64,000 nucleotides of DNA from Octopus bimaculoides (Eukaryota), in NCBI RefSeq assembly GCF_001194135.2, contig NC_069000.1:44898782-44962781 (forward strand), read 5' to 3'. Position numbers and translations under genes: made by a program. The notes under the pieces are model-generated. The model worked only from the letters and a program-made list of their open reading frames with translations, had not been told where the DNA came from and did not search any database. Of the stretch, positions 58,637-64,000 are shown in pieces. The first letter of the stretch is position 1, and each line of letters begins with the position of its first letter.

Positions 58637-59593
58637 TTTTAAACATTTTTACATTCTTCTTATAACTACCATTTTTTTTTTTGTCCATTTTTTGGTATGT
58701 ACTTCAATTAGAAGTGATCTGCCATAGTTTCTTTCAAACCGGCAATAACTTTTATCAACTGTTTCCCTCCTGCCACATATGCTGAAAGAAGGTGGGGGTG
58801 ATGACAAAACAAAGTCAACTGAAGTTAAACCACTTTGACTCAAAGACAAACCATAACCTACCCCCACCCCACTGCCTCCATGGTAAATATTTCTTCTGAA
58901 GCTCTGCCAATTCCGAGAGTATAACAACCTTTCTGTAATATCTATCATACAGATTCGTTTACCATTATTATTATTATTATTGCGAGCTGCTCTATTTCCA
59001 AGGAAACAAGCATCTGTTTATCTGATGTGTGTGTGTGTGTGTTGGTGTGGTTGAGGATGGAGGAAGGGGGTGCGTATGGTCATGATTAAATTGAAATTAC
59101 AAAATACTTGGTTTTCTTAAAAAAAATTTCTTAAAAAAGAAGTTGGTTAGAACTCGTATGGAGAGCTGGAAGTTTCTGATTGGTTTATATTTCTGTTTTT
59201 TTAAAATTTTATGTATGTATTATTGTTGTTGTAAGTGGTGGTGGCAATAGTGAAGGGGGGGAAGAGGTAGGGAACGAGTAGCGAAACTGTTTCCCACTTG
59301 ACGACAACGTTGAAAAAGTCTTTGGAATATTCTTGTAGTTGTCTTGCAGTGATTAGTAACAATAGTAGTAACAGCTGCTGTTGTGGTTGTAGTAAGGTTG
59401 TCAATGAGCAAATGTGTGCAGACTAATAAGGCAAAATAGATACATGTCCTGCACACACACAAAAACAAAAAAAGATCTGACATGCAGGACATTCGCTTCT
59501 CCACCGCCACCACCACTGCCATTATCTCCATCATCATCACCACCACCACCACCATTATCATCCTCAGTAGGTTCAACATCAATTTCTTCTAAT

Positions 59594-59658
59594 TTAGTCG
59601 TCCCAGTCATCATCCAAATTTTCATCATCATCGCTATCTTCCTCATCACTTTCACCAT
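59594..59658 (-). CDS. WASP: WASP/N-WASP terminal exon, acidic (A) region
   Basis: poly-T ttgcag|AT GGT...: (D)GESDEEDSDDDENLDDDWDD*, with the Arp2/3-binding Trp three residues from the end. Confidence 0.93.
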
Positions 59659-61183
59659 CTGCAAAAACAAAAAAAAAAAAAAAAAANNNNNNNNNNNNNN
59701 NNNNNNNNNNNNNNNNNNNNNNNNNNNNNNNNNNNNNNNNNNNNNNNNNNNNNNNNNNNNNNNNNNNNNNNNNNNNNNNNNNNNNNNNNNNNNNNNNNNN
59801 NNNNNNNNNNNNNNNNNNNNNNNNNNNNNNNNNNNNNNNNNNNNNNNNNNNNNNNNNNNNNNNNNNNNNNNNNNNNNNNNNNNNNNNNNNNNNNNNNNNN
59901 NNNNNNNNNNNNNNNNNNNNNNNNNNNNNNNNNNNNNNNNNNNNNNNNNNNNNNNNNNNNNNNNNNNNNNNNNNNNNNNNNNNNNNNNNNNNNNNNNNNN
60001 NNNNNNNNNNNNNNNNNNNNNNNNNNNNNNNNNNNNNNNNNNNNNNNNNNNNNNNNNNNNNNNNNNNNNNNNNNNNNNNNNNNNNNNNNNNNNNNNNNNN
60101 NNNNNNNNNNNNNNNNNNNNNNNNNNNNNNNNNNNNNNNNNNNNNNNNNNNNNNNNNNNNNNNNNNNNNNNNNNNNNNNNNNNNNNNNNNNNNNNNNNNN
60201 NNNNNNNNNNNNNNNNNNNNNNNNNNNNNNNNNNNNNNNNNNNNNNNNNNNNNNNNNNNNNNNNNNNNNNNNNNNNNNNNNNNNNNNNNNNNNNNNNNNN
60301 NNNNNNNNNNNNNNNNNNNNNNNNNNNNNNNNNNNNNNNNNNNNNNNNNNNNNNNNNNNNNNNNNNNNNNNNNNNNGGTGAAGAAGGGAGTGAGAGAGAA
60401 ATGAGGAAAACATTGAGTGTGAATAACAAGATTGAAAACTGGAACGAAACGTTAGCACACCGGGCGAAATGCTTAGCGGTATTTCGTCTGTCTTTACGTT
60501 CTGAGTTCAAATTCTGCCGAAGTCAACTTTGCCTTTTATCCTTTTGGGGTCGATAAATTAAGTACCAGTTACGCATTGGAGTCGATCTAATCGACTTAAT
60601 CCCTTTGTCTGTCCTTGTTTGTCCCCTCTGTGTGTAGCTCCTTGTGGGCAATAAAGAAATAAGAAATATGGGAACAAAAGGGTTAAGAAAGTTAAAGACA
60701 CTGTGGATACTGTGGTCCTAAATACACAGTGTCTGTCTTGAAATAAGACAGGATGGTCACCAGGGCCAGCGCTAGTAAGTGTGGGGCCCAATTAGAGAAT
60801 TGGCAATGGGGTCCTCTACTCTACAAAAGCTGAAGTTTGATGTTTTATGCTTTGTGCAGTACACCAGTCCTAACCAAAAGGTTTTGAAGGTTTGAGGTTC
60901 CACCATTAGCCACAATTAATCATAGTGTCCCCTGCTCATGTGTCTGTGTGGCGCCCAATTTGAACATATCCATCTAATTGGCTTGAAACTAACCCTGATG
61001 GTCACTGTTGGGACAACGTTAATCTTAAGCCTGTTGAATAAGGACTGACCTGGAGCTAAACAAGAGAACAAATGTGAGGGAGAGAGAGAGAGAAGAGGTA
61101 AAGACAAAGGGAGAGAAGTGTAGATGGAGAGGTGTGTGTGTGTGTATATGGGAGAGAGAAAAAGAAAGCAAGCAATAAGTTAC

Positions 61184-61858
61184 CGGTTTCAAGTTCTTCA
61201 TGCCAATATTGCGGATCTCACACATGAGGTTGCCTCTCTTGTCCTCGGGTGCCGGCTGTGATGTTGAGCTGTTGGGCGTGACCTTTTTCNNNNNNNNNNN
61301 NNNNNNNNNNNNNNNNNNNNNNNNNNNNNNNNNNNNNNNNNNNNNNNNNNNNNNNNNNNNNNNNNNNNNNNNNNNNNNNNNNNNNNNNNNNNNNNNNNNN
61401 NNNNNNNNNNNNNNNNNNNNNNNNNNNNNNNNNNNNNNNNNNNNNNNNNNNNNNNNNNNNNNNNNNNNNNNNNNNNNNNNNNNNNNNNNNNNNNNNNNNN
61501 NNNNNNNNNNNNNNNNNNNNNNNNNNNNNNNNNNNNNNNNNNNNNNNNNNNNNNNNNNNNNNNNNNNNNNNNNNNNNNNNNNNNNNNNNNNNNNNNNNNN
61601 NNNNNNNNNNNNNNNNNNNNNNNNNNNNNNNNNNNNNNNNNNNNNNNNNNNNNNNNNNNNNNNNNNNNNNNNNNNNNNNNNNNNNNNNNNNNNNNNNNNN
61701 NNNNNNNNNNNNNNNNNNNNNNNNNNNNNNNNNNNNNNNGTTTCGTGTAGGCACTGAACGAGACGGGGGCACGGGGGCTGCGGCTCGACTGGGAGGCACG
61801 GGTGGTGGCGCAGCTGACCTTGCTGGGGTCGGTGGCCCAACATGACGAGGTGGTAGGG
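61184..61858 (-). CDS. WASP: WASP/N-WASP proline-rich and WH2 segment (interrupted by N gap 61290-61739)
   Basis: tttcag|CC in phase 1 gives SLPPRHVGPPTPARSAAPPPVPPSRAAAPVPPSRSVPTRN. After the gap: KKVTPNSSTSQPAPEDKRGNLMCEIRNIGMKNLKP|gtaac. Confidence 0.88.
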
Positions 61859-62604
61859 CTGAAAGGAGAACACACAAAACATTATTGCTGTATAGGTAAC
61901 AATACTTTATCACCACTACTACTACCACCATTACCCCTACTACCTCCATAACCACTGCCACTACACAGACCTATCATTCTCCCACCACTACTGCAACAAT
62001 ACAAGTATAACAAATGCAACAGCAGAGCTAAACTACCATAATACTCATGACCAGTACACTGCAATGATGCTGGCTGGGCACTATGGCAAGGCACTGGCAG
62101 CACGATACAGTGAACAAGCACTGATTTACACAGATGTCCACACAGGCAGAGACACATACACACAACACTCAGAGCGTTACTACTCAACCCATAACAACTC
62201 CAAGAATATTTACCAGCAACAGCAGCAGCACCATCACCATAGTCTGTGATCAGACTGTGGTAAGAATGTGTTTCTGATTTACACAGAGAATGGGGGGGGG
62301 GGAGAGAGAGAGAGATGCAGAAACACACAAACTATACTGAGGTATTTTGCCCTGCAATTTTGTGGTGATGGTCGACTCTTTCTGATCCAAACATATATAG
62401 AGAGAAACAGAGGAGAGAGGAAGAGAAGAGAGACGGAGAGACAAAAGACAGAAGAGAAGAGAAACTCTTATTCCTATTACAAAGTGATTATAATGATGCG
62501 GTCTGTCCCCATCTCCGGTTACTGTGGGATGGTGGTGAACTGTTTCTCTCTCTCACACACACACTGACTATATCGAGGCAGTTTGTCATCGGCTCCATAC
62601 TTAC

Positions 62605-62785
62605 ACTGTTGTGGTGGTGGCGGCAGATTCTGTTTTTGATCCATCTCCTTCTTCACGGCATCAATTCCTCCGTTCTTTTCAACAAAGTCATAGATGAACG
62701 ACAGGGTCTCCTTGTCCACCTCCTGGTTTGCTGTCAGACCAATCGATTCGAGAAGTTGCTTCATGTGTTCTTCCATCTGATTTAT
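62605..62785 (-). CDS. WASP: WASP/N-WASP GBD C-terminal helices exon
   Basis: tttag|INQMEEHMKQLLESIGLTANQEVDKETLSFIYDFVEKNGGIDAVKKEMDQKQNLPPPPQQ T|gtaagt. Matches N-WASP ...TSKVIYDFIEKTGGVEAVKNEL. WH1 and CRIB exons were not found in the window. Confidence 0.95.
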
Positions 62786-64000
62786 CTAAAACAACGAGAA
62801 CATACAGTAGTAGTAGTAGTAGTAGCATTGGAGGAAGAGGGGACATAAGTGGTGTGAGACATACATCATCATCATCATCATCGTTTAACGTCCGCTTTCC
62901 ATGCTGGCATGGGTTGGACGGCTTGACTGGAATTGGTAAGCTGGAGAGCTGCACCAGTGTTGGTTGTGTAGATATGTTTATCCATTTTCATTTATACAGC
63001 TGTCTACATCTATCCACCTACCTATCTATATGTCAATATTACAAAGCCATGCTGTGGATTGGTTAACAATCTAAATGCATTCTATGTTTTTGATGTGTCG
63101 AGGGAAAAAAGGGCAGGATGGTTTCCAGATTTATTGAACCCTCACCAGAGAAGCAGTAGTACCCAGCTTCCTTCTTTTACCAATAGCATAGAACATTCAC
63201 CAGATATAGGAAGTTATCCTAAGTTAGGCTAGCACCACAGTGGATAGTCTAATTTGCATATTTGTGCATTAGATAACTCATCTTTAATTAAACAATACAT
63301 TTTATGCACACACACACACATGTGGAAGTCATTATTATAAGAGATAATGTTATCAAAAACTTAAAGACATCAAAAATAGTGGGTCCTCCCAAGCATCCTT
63401 AGAATACTGTTATACTGGCCTCAATGTTATCAGCCAGTTATTGTTATCTAAATAGCTTCCTTGATTTTGCAGTATGAGCATACAATCGTTCCATCATACT
63501 ATAGCCCCGTGGAACCTGGGCTGAGTATACCACAGATGCCACTTCCACACTTAACACACACAACAGAAGCCCAAACGCAAACCTGGAAGTACACACAATA
63601 CCACAACTGGACAGCAGGGTAAATCTGAAGGTGGACAAGCTCTATACTGAACTACGTTTTTAACAGACCATACCATAACTATATATATATGTGTGTGTGT
63701 TTTTATATTATTAATAAATTCATAAACTCATCAATAATATACTCAGGAAATCAATATTTAATATTTTGAAAGACATACATCCAACATGACACGGCAACAT
63801 AATAAATTTTAAATTTAAAAACATAAATATACGAAATATAAATATCAATATATATAAAAATCTGAATATAGATAAATATATGTGTGAATATATATGCGTA
63901 TAAAAATTTATGCGTAATTAAGCATGAATATTGTAAAGTCTAAAATATAAAATATAAAGGAACCTAAAATTTAAAGAGTTAAATATCTTACGATCGTTTC

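Noticed and set aside
63444-63638. Minus-strand ORF as a possible upstream WASP exon
   Set aside because: No CRIB (ISxP..F.H..HVG), basic or WH1 motif in the frames examined; those exons probably lie beyond the window.

Overview
AT-rich, microsatellite- and SINE-dense eukaryotic scaffold with five N-gaps. The repeat landscape suggests a coleoid cephalopod, probably Octopus (inference). Main gene (+ strand): a complete IMP dehydrogenase (IMPDH). Fifteen GT-AG coding exons from 29788 to 53292 sum to 1545 nt (514 aa + stop), colinear with human IMPDH1/2 numbering. The canonical ATG lies 1 nt after a splice acceptor. A 107-nt coding segment 21.5 kb upstream (8205-8311, too short for the ORF track) splices in frame onto it and adds 36 aa. 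Its last 22 residues align without gaps to the N-terminal extension of vertebrate retinal IMPDH1(595). The last intron holds a candidate alternative exon (50159-50219/50234) that would replace YEKRLF, at the same intron vertebrate retinal IMPDH1 uses for exon 13b. Convergent on the - strand is the 3' half of a WASP/N-WASP gene (GBD helices, proline-rich region, WH2, acidic tail), partly hidden in gaps. The rest is tRNA-derived SINEs, TTAA- and hAT-type MITEs, several long intronic foldbacks, and relics of mariner and LINE elements.
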